Positions 1-8,719 of a DNA stretch of 64,000 nt are shown piece by piece. Source of the DNA: Candidatus Latescibacterota bacterium. Its GTDB lineage: Bacteria; Krumholzibacteriota; Krumholzibacteriia; WVZY01; JAKEHA01. A model generated the notes under the pieces. That model saw only the letters and a list, made by a program, of their open reading frames with translations. It was not told where the DNA came from and did no database searches. A program made the translations under genes and the position numbers. Numbering within the stretch: position 1 is the stretch's first letter; every line of letters starts with the position of its first letter. The DNA lies in contig OY970173.1 of the NCBI GenBank assembly GCA_963707635.1, positions 416,001 through 480,000 on the forward strand, in the 5' to 3' direction.

Positions 1-115
1 ATTTCAGGGCGACCGCGCGGCGGAGCTTCGTGTCTTCCGCTTTGTACACGGTTCCCATGCCGCCGCCTCCGATTTTCTGGAGGATGCGGTAATGTGAAAC
101 GACGCGTCCTATCAT
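1..115 (-). CDS. Ser/Thr protein kinase (Hanks type), N-terminal fragment running off the window edge
   Basis: Manual translation from ATG at 115 gives [38 protein letters not shown] (Gly-rich loop and VALK lysine). Not in the ORF track. Confidence 0.85.
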   Translation of the reverse strand, partial: MIGRVVSHYRILQKIGGGGMGTVYKAEDTKLRRAVALK

Positions 116-244
116 CGACCGTGCCTGGGGGGCGCGACCGCGGTGTCCCCGTCACCGTGGAGGCCGGCCATGAGGCTGGAGTATACGGGATCGTTCACGT
201 CCTGCCAAGCGCGTCGCGTGCGCCACCCGACGTGCGTTGACGCA

Positions 245-272
245 TTGACGAACCGACGAACCGGTCTATACT
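245..272 (+). promoter_or_regulatory. Putative sigma70 promoter for the ACT-domain gene
   Basis: TTGACG-16 nt-TATACT, followed by an AAGGAGG SD just before ATG 307. The spacer carries a direct repeat of GACGAACC. Confidence 0.55.
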
Positions 273-306
273 CGAATCGAAGCGTACGATTCCAAGGAGG
301 CCCCTC

Positions 307-804
307 ATGGCGGATCAAGTTCGCAAAGTAGATTATTGCCACGCGAAGGTGGCGCGCCGCGCCGGCGAAGGCGCGCGCATGCTCGCGGCGCTGCGCGCCG
401 GCAAAGTGAACCTTACCGCGTTTTCCGGCTTTCCCGGCGGGAAGGGGAACGCCCAGCTCGACTTCGTCACCGATCAGATGCCGGCGCTGCGGAAGCTGGG
501 TGCTAAGAACGGCTGGAAGTTGAGCCCGGTCAAGAAAGCGTTCCTCATCACCGGCAGCGACATGGTCGGCGCCGTTCATCGCCACGTGCAGAAGCTGGCG
601 GACGCCCGCATCAGCATCACGGCCGCCGACGCCGTCTGCGCCGGACGTGGCCGGTATGGAATGATTCTGTGGGTGAAGCCTGGCGACTACACGCGCGCCG
701 CGCGGGCGCTGCGGGCCAAGGGATCATCGTCTTCCACCGCGAACCGTGGATCGATACGGGGTGGGACGATCAAGGTTCCCGAGGAAGACACCGGCGGCGA
801 TTAG
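307..804 (+). CDS. Tandem ACT-like domain protein
   Basis: Two beta-alpha-beta-beta-alpha-beta-like units (GEGARMLAALRAGKVNL; GAVHRHVQKLADARISI); strong SD. Confidence 0.6.
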   Translation: MADQVRKVDYCHAKVARRAGEGARMLAALRAGKVNLTAFSGFPGGKGNAQLDFVTDQMPALRKLGAKNGWKLSPVKKAFLITGSDMVGAVHRHVQKLADARISITAADAVCAGRGRYGMILWVKPGDYTRAARALRAKGSSSSTANRGSIRGGTIKVPEEDTGGD

Positions 805-811
805 TCGCCGA

Positions 812-2347
812 TCAAGGTTGAGCCGGGACGTCGCCGCGCCGTTGCAGGGCGCGGCGCGCGAGCCAGACCTGTCGCTTCGCCCGATAGGCGTAGTGTTTCC
901 AGACCGGCACCCGGTTGAACGGGTCGCGCAGCAGTTCCGGCCAACGACTCGCGATCACATCCCGCGGGAACTGTCCTGACCGCTTGTACTCGTCCGGGAG
1001 CCGCAGCATGGCGGTGAAGGACGCCCGGTGTACGAAGGGATACACCCGCGCCGGAACCGCGTCGGCGCAGGCAACCACCCCGGCCCACGATCCCAACCGC
1101 TGCTCCACGTACACCAGGTCCACGACGTGCATGAAACGGGTTGCGGGAAGCGTGTCCAGCCATTTTCGTGCACGCGCGAGGATGTCCGGAAGGGGAGGAA
1201 GCGCGAGTGCGCGCGCGACCGTGTGCTCCGTGAGCGGGAGCCTGTCCCCACCGAGGTCCCGCCAGTAGGATGCGCGCGCGGCCTCGCCACCCGCGCCGGT
1301 CAGCTCCACGCGCGCCGGATCGAGACCGCGCACCGCGCGTATCGCCTGCCATCCGCGTGCACCTCCCACGCACAGGCCGCTGCGCCACAGCCAGGCGTCG
1401 ACCTCCGCCGCGTCCGGTGACCCGCATACGACCACTTCGTGCCGAAGTCCGTGCCGGCGCGCGATCCGGGTAGCCATCTCGACATCGACCCTCGCGCCCC
1501 GGTCGGGCAGCGCGAGCGTATATAAATGAACGCCATCGACGCGGTCACGCGCGCACGCGAGCAGCGTGCGTGAATCGTTTCCGGCCGTGAGCGGAAGGTA
1601 GGCGGGCCGGCGCGCGATGACCGCGGTAATGTGCCGCTCGATGACGCGTGCAACCTCCTGGACAACAGCGGCCGGGTCCGCGCGATCGTCGAGCGGTGCC
1701 GGCGGCCAGTGTCGCTTCACCGACCAGTCGCGCAGGTCGAGAACGTGGTTCGGCAGCAGCCGTTCCACCCCCCGTCGCGAAGTGAGTCCGAAGGCGAGCG
1801 CGAACGAGAGCCCGCCTCTGGCCGCGGGAAGACCGGTCGCGCGAATGAGATCGATCGCATCCTCGCACCCGCGCGAGCCGGGGATGAGGGACGGCGTCGA
1901 CGCCACCAGCTCGTGCGAAGGCGCAAACACCGCCGACAACGACCCCGCGCAATCCAGGTACACGCGCTCGGCTCGCGGCGTGAGGAGAAGCGCAAGAAAC
2001 TTCCCCCCGAACGCGTAGAGTTGCGCTTCGAACTCTTCCGGCGATGGATCCGCGCCCGGCGCGAGCACCACGTCCGAGTCGACCCATCGTCCCGCCGCAT
2101 CGATCGGAAAACCCAGCACCCATCCGATGCCGGAGCCATCCGCCACGCGCATGGCATGGACGGGAAGCGCGGGATGCGAGGCCAGGACCCACCCGTGCGC
2201 CTCGCGCACGACCCACCCCGCCGGCGCCGTTTCCTGCGATCGTCCGAGCACGAACTGCCCGACCAGCGACGTGTGGTCGAAGCGCGTCGCCAGCTCCGAG
2301 AGCGTGGCCACGTTTCCCGCCGCCGGGGTGGAAGTTTGCGCCGTCAC
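812..2347 (-). CDS. Asparagine-synthetase-like (adenine nucleotide alpha-hydrolase) protein
   Basis: PP-loop-like LPLTAGNDSRTLL and TGAGGE motifs. Start moved to GTG 2347, which lies 6 nt after a TTGACA-17-TACAAC promoter. Confidence 0.6.
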   Translation of the reverse strand: MTAQTSTPAAGNVATLSELATRFDHTSLVGQFVLGRSQETAPAGWVVREAHGWVLASHPALPVHAMRVADGSGIGWVLGFPIDAAGRWVDSDVVLAPGADPSPEEFEAQLYAFGGKFLALLLTPRAERVYLDCAGSLSAVFAPSHELVASTPSLIPGSRGCEDAIDLIRATGLPAARGGLSFALAFGLTSRRGVERLLPNHVLDLRDWSVKRHWPPAPLDDRADPAAVVQEVARVIERHITAVIARRPAYLPLTAGNDSRTLLACARDRVDGVHLYTLALPDRGARVDVEMATRIARRHGLRHEVVVCGSPDAAEVDAWLWRSGLCVGGARGWQAIRAVRGLDPARVELTGAGGEAARASYWRDLGGDRLPLTEHTVARALALPPLPDILARARKWLDTLPATRFMHVVDLVYVEQRLGSWAGVVACADAVPARVYPFVHRASFTAMLRLPDEYKRSGQFPRDVIASRWPELLRDPFNRVPVWKHYAYRAKRQVWLARRALQRRGDVPAQP

Positions 2348-2353
2348 ACCGCG

Positions 2354-2382
2354 GTTGTACGCAAACGATTCGCGGGTGTCAA
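2354..2382 (-). promoter_or_regulatory. sigma70 promoter, probably leaderless, for 812-2347
   Basis: Minus strand TTGACA (2382-2377)-17 nt-TACAAC (2359-2354)-6 nt-GTG. Confidence 0.6.
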
Positions 2383-2466
2383 TCGCTGGTTCGCGCACAA
2401 GTGTGTCGTGATACAATTCCGCGATTCGCCGACTCGCCACGCGCGGGTCTGCTGGAGGAGGACACG

Positions 2467-3369
2467 ATGTCGCGGGAGCATGACGACGATCACTCGGCCC
2501 ATCGGCCCGAGCCAAATCACGAAGAGCGGGAGGTGCTGGTCGCGGCCCTCCGGAAGAGTCCGGCGTACCGCATTGCGTACGAGGATCTCGATTTCCTGAA
2601 AGAGGAGTTTCTGCGCCCGACGCGGCTCCAGCTCGAGCTCCTGAAGCCCGAGATGCTCCTGCGCCGACTCAACATTCGCTCGACGATCGTCGTCTTCGGA
2701 AGCGCCCGCATTCTTCCGCCCGAGCAGGCGCGCGCGCGCCTCGACGAGGCGCAAGCCGCGCTGACGGCGCGGCCCAGGGACCCGCAGCTGGCCGCCACGG
2801 TCGCGTTCGCGAAAAAGCAGGTGTCCGTCTCACGATATTACGACGAGGCCAGGACATTCTCGCGGATGATGTCGACGCTCGTGAAGCGCGCCGACCGGCA
2901 CGACTTCGTCGTCGTCACCGGTGGAGGACCCGGCATCATGGAGGCGGCCAATCGCGGGGCGCACGACGTGGCCGCGCTGAGCGCCGCGCTGAACATCACC
3001 CTGCCCCAGGAGCAGGAACCGAATCCATACATCAGCCCCGAGTTGTGCTTCCAGTTCCACTACTTCGCGATCCGCAAGATGCATTTTCTCCTGCGCGCGG
3101 TGGCACTGGTGGCTTTTCCCGGCGGCTACGGCACGCTCGACGAGCTGTTCGAGGCGCTGACGCTGGTGCAAACCGGGAAGGTCCGGCCGATGCCGATCGT
3201 GCTGGTCGGGCGCGAGTTCTGGCAGACGTTCATGAACATGGACGTCATGGTCGACCACGGGGTGATCTCGCGCGAGGACACGAAACTGTTCACGATCGTC
3301 GAAACCGCGGAGGAAGCGGTCCAGGTGATCTATGACTTCTACGGCCGCGAGGTGCCGGAGGTGGAGTAG
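2467..3369 (+). CDS. LOG/SLOG family nucleotide phosphoribohydrolase (TIGR00730-like)
   Basis: VFGSAR, TGGGPGIMEAANRGA, FHYFAIRKMHF and PGGYGTLDELFE motifs; GGAGGAGG SD; extended -10 TGaTACAAT at 2409-2417. Confidence 0.9.
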   Translation: MSREHDDDHSAHRPEPNHEEREVLVAALRKSPAYRIAYEDLDFLKEEFLRPTRLQLELLKPEMLLRRLNIRSTIVVFGSARILPPEQARARLDEAQAALTARPRDPQLAATVAFAKKQVSVSRYYDEARTFSRMMSTLVKRADRHDFVVVTGGGPGIMEAANRGAHDVAALSAALNITLPQEQEPNPYISPELCFQFHYFAIRKMHFLLRAVALVAFPGGYGTLDELFEALTLVQTGKVRPMPIVLVGREFWQTFMNMDVMVDHGVISREDTKLFTIVETAEEAVQVIYDFYGREVPEVE

Positions 3370-3524
3370 CGGCCCTCACTTTCGTGCCGAGTTTGACGCC
3401 TCCTCGCGCGGGAGCTTCCCCGCATCGCGATCACCCTATATAATGAGGCGGTACGGACAACAGGCCACTATGAGAAACTAGAGGGAGGAATCCATATGCT
3501 GCCCGCTAGAGAAAGATCCTCATC

Positions 3525-3908
3525 ATGATCGGCTTTCTGGTTCGCTGCCTCATCACGGCCCTGGGGCTGTGGGTCGCGTCCGCGATCCTGCCGGGCGTGC
3601 ATTCGACCGGCGTGCTCTCGCTCATCGGCGCGGGGCTCATGCTCGGCGTCGTGAACGCGGTGGTTCGGCCCATCATCATCATTCTAACGCTCCCGATCAC
3701 GATCTTCACGCTGGGATTGTTCCTGCTGGTCGTGAACGCGCTGATGGTGCTGCTGGTATCGAAGATGATGCACGGCTTCGGAGTAGACGGCTTCGGTTCG
3801 GCGATGCTGACCGCGATCATCGTGACGGTCGTCGGCTGGGGCGGGAATGCGTTCGTGGGACCGCGCGGGCGTTTCGAGATGTTCACCGGCGGCCGGCGTC
3901 AGGGTTAG
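3525..3908 (+). CDS. Phage-holin-like 4-TM membrane protein (YvlD/DUF360 family)
   Basis: LGVVNAVVRPIIIILTLPITIFTLGLFLLVVNA signature. Confidence 0.85.
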   Translation: MIGFLVRCLITALGLWVASAILPGVHSTGVLSLIGAGLMLGVVNAVVRPIIIILTLPITIFTLGLFLLVVNALMVLLVSKMMHGFGVDGFGSAMLTAIIVTVVGWGGNAFVGPRGRFEMFTGGRRQG

Positions 3909-4675
3909 TGGCAACCCACGAACAGCGTCCGACCCATCGTTTCTCGAGCCGCGCCGACGCCTACGTTCGTTATCGCCCGGGGTATCCGCCCGCGCTGCTC
4001 GACTGGCTCCGCGAGAGAATCGGCCTGGCGTCTTCCTGGGACGTCGCCGATGTCGGCAGCGGGACCGGCTTCTTCGCGTCGGTGCTGCTCGCGAACGGAA
4101 ATCGGGTCTACGGCGTCGAGCCCAATGACGCCATGCGCGCCGTCGCCGAGGAGGCGCTGGCGGGGAATCCTCGCTTCGTGAGCGTGCGCGGCACCGCCGA
4201 GGTCACCGGCCTTCCCGATGGCTGCGTCGACCTGGTCAGCGCCGCGCAGGCCTTCCACTGGTTCGAACTGGCCCCGACCCGGCGCGAGTGGAAGCGAATC
4301 CTCCGCACGGGTGGGCACGTGCTCATCGTCTTCAACTCGCGCCGCATCGACGCGTCGCCATTCATGCGCGCGTACGACGACTTCCTGAAGACAAACGCGA
4401 TCGACTACCGGGACGTCGATCATCGCCGCGTGCTGGGGGAGCGCCTGCGCGGGTTCCTGGACGACCCCATGGAATGGCGGCACCCGTTCACCGTGCGCCA
4501 CGATCTCGCGGCGGTGAAGGGGCTCTCCGCCTCGTCGTCGTACGTGCCTGCGCCGGACCACCCGGCGCACACGGCATTCATGGAAGGACTCGAGCGGCTC
4601 TTCGACGCGCACGCGATCGACGGCCGCGTCGATTTTCTCTACGAAACCGAGGCGTACGTCGGGTGTTTGTGTTGA
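3908..4675 (+). CDS. Class I SAM-dependent methyltransferase
   Basis: YRPGYP, VADVGSGTG, GVEPNDAM and AAQAFHWF motifs. The GTG start overlaps the upstream TAG. Confidence 0.9.
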   Translation: MATHEQRPTHRFSSRADAYVRYRPGYPPALLDWLRERIGLASSWDVADVGSGTGFFASVLLANGNRVYGVEPNDAMRAVAEEALAGNPRFVSVRGTAEVTGLPDGCVDLVSAAQAFHWFELAPTRREWKRILRTGGHVLIVFNSRRIDASPFMRAYDDFLKTNAIDYRDVDHRRVLGERLRGFLDDPMEWRHPFTVRHDLAAVKGLSASSSYVPAPDHPAHTAFMEGLERLFDAHAIDGRVDFLYETEAYVGCLC

Positions 4676-4705
4676 GGTCTCGCGCGTGAGCCTCAGCCGC
4701 CACGT

Positions 4706-5779
4706 TCACCGGAGCGGCTGCGCGAAGATCGCGTCCCACGCCGCCAGCGCTGCCTTCGGGTTCAAGTCCACGTCGACCAGCCCCAGGCGGGCGAAGAGCC
4801 ACACATTAGACGACGGCGGCACGTCGAGATCCGTGAAGGTGAGTTGAAACACCGCGATGGCATTCGTCTCGTCGAGCAGCGCGCGTTGCCGCGAAATGTA
4901 GCGCGCCTGCTCGTCTTCCGATGATGTAATCGCCCCGAGCGTCTCGGACGACCAACCGCCTTCGGTCACCATTACGGGAAGCGAGTGCCCTTCGGTCAGG
5001 CGCGAATAGTAGTCCGGTGGAACGTCTTCGGGCGCGTCGAAACCGGCCAGGTACGGGTACGACGACAGTCCCAGCTCGTCGATGAAGGGAAAATCGACGA
5101 AGTCCGTCGCGATCCCTTCGTACACGCCGCCCCCACCCAGACGCCCCCATGCCCAGTCGACCTGGACGCTGACGCTCAACGCCACGGCGTCGTCGATCGC
5201 GCGCACGTCGGTCGCCGCGTCGTTGGCCACCTGACGAATCGCGGAGTACAGAGGCGCCGGGGCGACGCCGCGAATGAGGTTGGTTTCGAGCGTGAGCCCC
5301 AGGTGTTCGGGGCGCACGATGCTGTCGATCACGACGGCGTAGCGACGAAACATCTGCTGGATTGCCGACTCCGTGATGCTGCGCCCGTGGGCCACCAGCG
5401 CGTCGGACTCTCCGCCGCGGTTGAGCCCGTTTGCCGGGTCGAGATAGATCCAGAGCACGTGTCCCTTCGAGCGGTAGTAGTTGGCGAGCGGGAGCTGGTC
5501 GCGAAGGACCAGCGCCTCGGCCGAAACACCGGCGAGCAGCGAATCCCAGGGCAGCTCGAAGCTCATCATGGCGGCGTCGGCGCGCTGCGACCACATGTCG
5601 ATGGCAGCAATGGCCTGCACGATATCGGCGCGCGGAGGAATGCCCGAGAACCCCATGCGAAACGACCGCCCGGGGGCGTCGCCGGGCGGAGGCGACGCCG
5701 GGTCATCCCCGCACGCCACGCTCATGGCGAGCGCGAGACAGAAAAACAGGCCGGCAGGCCAGATCGGGCGCCGTTGCAT
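4706..5779 (-). CDS. Lipoprotein, putative TIM-barrel glycoside-hydrolase-like protein
   Basis: Lipobox MSVAC; GLSSYPY and PVMVTEGGWSS resemble clan GH-A strand 6/7 motifs. Alternative start at 5806. Confidence 0.55.
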   Translation of the reverse strand: MQRRPIWPAGLFFCLALAMSVACGDDPASPPPGDAPGRSFRMGFSGIPPRADIVQAIAAIDMWSQRADAAMMSFELPWDSLLAGVSAEALVLRDQLPLANYYRSKGHVLWIYLDPANGLNRGGESDALVAHGRSITESAIQQMFRRYAVVIDSIVRPEHLGLTLETNLIRGVAPAPLYSAIRQVANDAATDVRAIDDAVALSVSVQVDWAWGRLGGGGVYEGIATDFVDFPFIDELGLSSYPYLAGFDAPEDVPPDYYSRLTEGHSLPVMVTEGGWSSETLGAITSSEDEQARYISRQRALLDETNAIAVFQLTFTDLDVPPSSNVWLFARLGLVDVDLNPKAALAAWDAIFAQPLR

Positions 5780-5898
5780 CGTCGTGAATAGGGGTCGCAC
5801 GGTCATGCGGAACGCTCGGTGCAAAGGATGGGCCACCCCGGCTTCCGTGTTCAACGCTTGTTCCGCGGATACTCCCGTTGTATGCTGTCTGTGGCAAC

Positions 5899-7242
5899 AT
5901 GTCCTTTCGAACACTGAACCTTTCGGATCCGATCCAGCGCGCGCTCGACGACGCCGGCTACGAGACTCCCACGGAAATACAGGCGCGGGCCATACCACCC
6001 GCGCTCGAAGGCCGCGATATACTGGGCCGTGCCAAGACCGGCACCGGCAAGACCGCCGCGTTCGCGATTCCGATCCTGATCCGGATGCAGGCCAATACGC
6101 TCTCCTCCTCTGAAATGGAGCAGATCCGCGTGCAGGCCGCTGACGAGGCGGCCGACGAGGCGAGCCACCCCGAGCCACGCCGGGAGCGGCGGCCGCGAAA
6201 CGCCCCCCACCACCCGCAACGCAAGGGGCAGGAGAAGCCGCATCGGGTGGTGCGCGCGCTGGTGCTGACGCCTACCCGAGAGCTGTGTGTGCAGAACGAG
6301 GAATCGTTCAAGGCCTACGGCAAGTACCTCGACATCCGCGCGCTCGCCGTCTACGGCGGCGTGCCCATCGAACGACAACTGAAGAAGCTCCGCTCCGGGG
6401 TCGACGTCGTCATCGCCACGCCGGGGCGTCTGCTGGACCACATCGGCCGCCACACCATCGACCTCCGCCATGTCGACTTCTTCGTGCTCGACGAAGTGGA
6501 CCGCATGTTCGACATGGGCTTCATCCAGGACGTGCGCAAGATCATCGCGAAGATTCCGGAAGAGCGCCAGACCCTGCTGTTCTCCGCGACGGTGTCGTCG
6601 GAAGTTCGCCGCCTGGCCGAGCGCGTGCAGAAAGACGCCGTGCTGATCGAGGTGGGCGAACAGCAGAAGCCGACCGACACCGTGACCCAGTACGTGTTCC
6701 CGGTGCCGCGCGATCGCAAGCTCGACCTGCTGCGCACGATCCTGGAAAACGAGCAGTGGGACATGGTGCTGGTGTTTTGTGGCACCAAGGACAACGCGGA
6801 ATTCGTGAAGCGTCGGCTCGCGCACGCCGGTATCGAGGCGGCGGAGCTGCATTCGAACCGTTCGCAAAAGGAGCGCAAGGAAGCGCTCGACGGCTTCAAG
6901 AACGGCGAACACCGCGTGCTGATCGCGACCGACATCGCCGCCCGCGGGCTGGATATCGATGGTATATCCCATGTAGTGAACTTTGACGTGCCGCGCAACG
7001 CAGAGGACTACATCCACCGCATCGGGCGCACCGGCCGCGCGGAGGCCCTCGGCGACGCGGTCACGTTCGTCGCCTTCGACGAGGAGGAGTACCTCGACCG
7101 CATCGAGCAGCACATCGGCACCAAGCTCGAGCGCCGGCGCTACAAGGACTTCGACCACGGCCTGGGCCGCTACGTTCCGTCGAAAAGCGACGTGGGCCGC
7201 ATCCGGACGGGTCGCCGCGGGGCGAAACGCCGCTACGTGTAG
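5899..7242 (+). CDS. DEAD-box RNA helicase (RhlE-like)
   Basis: Q motif PTEIQ, TGTGKT, PTREL, TPGRL, LDEVD, SAT, ARGLD and HRIGRTGR. Confidence 0.95.
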   Translation: MSFRTLNLSDPIQRALDDAGYETPTEIQARAIPPALEGRDILGRAKTGTGKTAAFAIPILIRMQANTLSSSEMEQIRVQAADEAADEASHPEPRRERRPRNAPHHPQRKGQEKPHRVVRALVLTPTRELCVQNEESFKAYGKYLDIRALAVYGGVPIERQLKKLRSGVDVVIATPGRLLDHIGRHTIDLRHVDFFVLDEVDRMFDMGFIQDVRKIIAKIPEERQTLLFSATVSSEVRRLAERVQKDAVLIEVGEQQKPTDTVTQYVFPVPRDRKLDLLRTILENEQWDMVLVFCGTKDNAEFVKRRLAHAGIEAAELHSNRSQKERKEALDGFKNGEHRVLIATDIAARGLDIDGISHVVNFDVPRNAEDYIHRIGRTGRAEALGDAVTFVAFDEEEYLDRIEQHIGTKLERRRYKDFDHGLGRYVPSKSDVGRIRTGRRGAKRRYV

Positions 7243-7435
7243 GGCGAGCGGCGCGATTCGCGCGCGGTCACGGCCGGCAAGACGTGCCGCGCCGATCTTG
7301 CAATCGGCGCCGATCGATTCCCAACCCCGCAGCGGGGAATCGAGCACCCGCAACGCGGCATTCCGCACCGCACGCCTCCGCCAGACTACCTTCCCCGACA
7401 CCGTCGATTTGGGCCGGTCCGTTTCTTGCCGTCAG

Positions 7436-7575
7436 GGGTCCGAAGTTCTCAACCGAATAGCGCGGCGGTCGTGCACCCCGGCGAATGCCAAGAAGCATCG
7501 TAGGGAGTTTGGTGCGCTTTTTGTCAGGTGCGCGAACTTGCGGGGTGCGCGCCGCGCGAGAACCATGGTCGACCC
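7436..7575 (+). ncRNA. Candidate structured cis-regulatory RNA upstream of the DUF805 gene
   Basis: Nested complementary segments GGGTC/GACCC, GTTCTC/GAGAAC, GCGCGGCG/CGCCGCGC and GCACCCCG/CGGGGTGC enclose two inner hairpins. Confidence 0.4.
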
Positions 7576-7627
7576 GGCGCCGCCCGCGAGCGGATGGCGC
7601 GTTGGTCGGAAAGGAGCCCCCGTCTCC

Positions 7628-7972
7628 ATGAGCATTGGATTCAAGATGAATGGCCGTATCGGCCGCAAGGAATACCTGATTTCATCACTGATGGTCACCC
7701 TGCTGGCGGTCGCCGCCTCGATCGCCGCGCTGAGCTTCGCCCTCGGCAATTCCCAGAGCGATACCCCGAACGTGATCGCGATCGCGGCCACGCTGGTGAG
7801 CTACGTCATGCAGAGCGCGCTGATGGTGCGCCGATTCCACGACCTGGGGAAGCCGGGCTGGCACTACTGGCTGACACTGGTCCCATTCTACAATCTCTAT
7901 GTCGGAGTCATTCTGCTGTTCACGCAGGGCGCGAAGGGCTCCAATCAGTACGGTCCCGAGCCGGCGGCGTAG
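7628..7972 (+). CDS. DUF805 (YhaH/YhaI-like) membrane protein
   Basis: GRIGRKEY, VRRFHDLGKPGW and GSNQYGP motifs; AAAGGAG SD upstream. Confidence 0.9.
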   Translation: MSIGFKMNGRIGRKEYLISSLMVTLLAVAASIAALSFALGNSQSDTPNVIAIAATLVSYVMQSALMVRRFHDLGKPGWHYWLTLVPFYNLYVGVILLFTQGAKGSNQYGPEPAA

Positions 7973-8008
7973 CCACACATCAACAATACGAGCGGACCGG
8001 CTCGGCAC

Positions 8009-8045
8009 GCGAAGCCGCCTGGGAGAGTTCCCGGGCGGCTTTCGC
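8009..8045 (+). terminator. Intrinsic terminator-like hairpin
   Basis: AAGCCGCCTGGGA-GAGT-TCCCGGGCGGCTT followed by a short T-containing tail. Confidence 0.55.
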
Positions 8046-8098
8046 TTGCCGGGAGTCATCGCCGGTTGTGCTAGAGTGGGGCCGCGCTGGAGCGCCCC

Positions 8099-8719
8099 AT
8101 GAACGTCGAAACCTGGCTCCTTTTCTGCGCCACCGAGACGGTCTTGTGTTTCACGCCCGGGCCCGCCGTGTTGTGCGTCATATCGACGGCGCTCGCGCGC
8201 GGCGCCGGAGGCGGCGTGGTGGCCAGCCTCGGCATTCTTGCCGCCAACGCGATGTATTTCGCGCTGTCGGCGACCGGCCTCGGCGCGCTGCTGCTCGCGT
8301 CGCGGACACTCTTCGTCGCCATCAAGTGGGTGGGAGCGGGCTACCTCGTCTACCTGGGGTTGCGGATGCTGCTCCGGCGCGCACCGTCGCCACAGGAAGC
8401 ACCCGCGGCACCGGCGCGCCGCGCGAGTCCGTTCGTGAACGCGTTCGTCACCCAGACCGCCAACCCAAAGGCGCTCATCTTTTTCACCGCGCTCCTCCCG
8501 CAATTCATCGACCCCGACCAATCGGCCGCGCGGCAGATTGCCATCCTGGGCGTCAGCTCGGTGGTGATCGAGTTCCTGGTGTTGTGTATCTACGTGGGCG
8601 CCTGCCACGGCGCCCGTCGCTGGGCGCGCGGTCGCCGCTTCGGCGATGCGTTGCACCGCGCGGGCGGCGTCCTGCTGATTGCGGCCGGGGCGAAACTCGC
8701 CGCCATCCGGAGCCAGTGA
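8099..8719 (+). CDS. LysE/RhtB family amino-acid exporter
   Basis: TPGPAVL, KWVGAGYLVYLG and NPKALIFF motifs. Confidence 0.92.
   Translation: MNVETWLLFCATETVLCFTPGPAVLCVISTALARGAGGGVVASLGILAANAMYFALSATGLGALLLASRTLFVAIKWVGAGYLVYLGLRMLLRRAPSPQEAPAAPARRASPFVNAFVTQTANPKALIFFTALLPQFIDPDQSAARQIAILGVSSVVIEFLVLCIYVGACHGARRWARGRRFGDALHRAGGVLLIAAGAKLAAIRSQ

Noticed and set aside
720..804. Low-complexity C-terminal tail on the ACT-like protein as a lost stop codon or recoding event
   Set aside because: Cannot be judged without homolog alignment, and no recoding signal is visible.
4660..4700. Methyltransferase ends in CLC-TGA followed by a hairpin: a possible third Sec codon
   Set aside because: The hairpin (TGAGG...CCTCA) includes the stop itself rather than starting 14 nt downstream. 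The domain looks complete, and read-through would run into the convergent gene.
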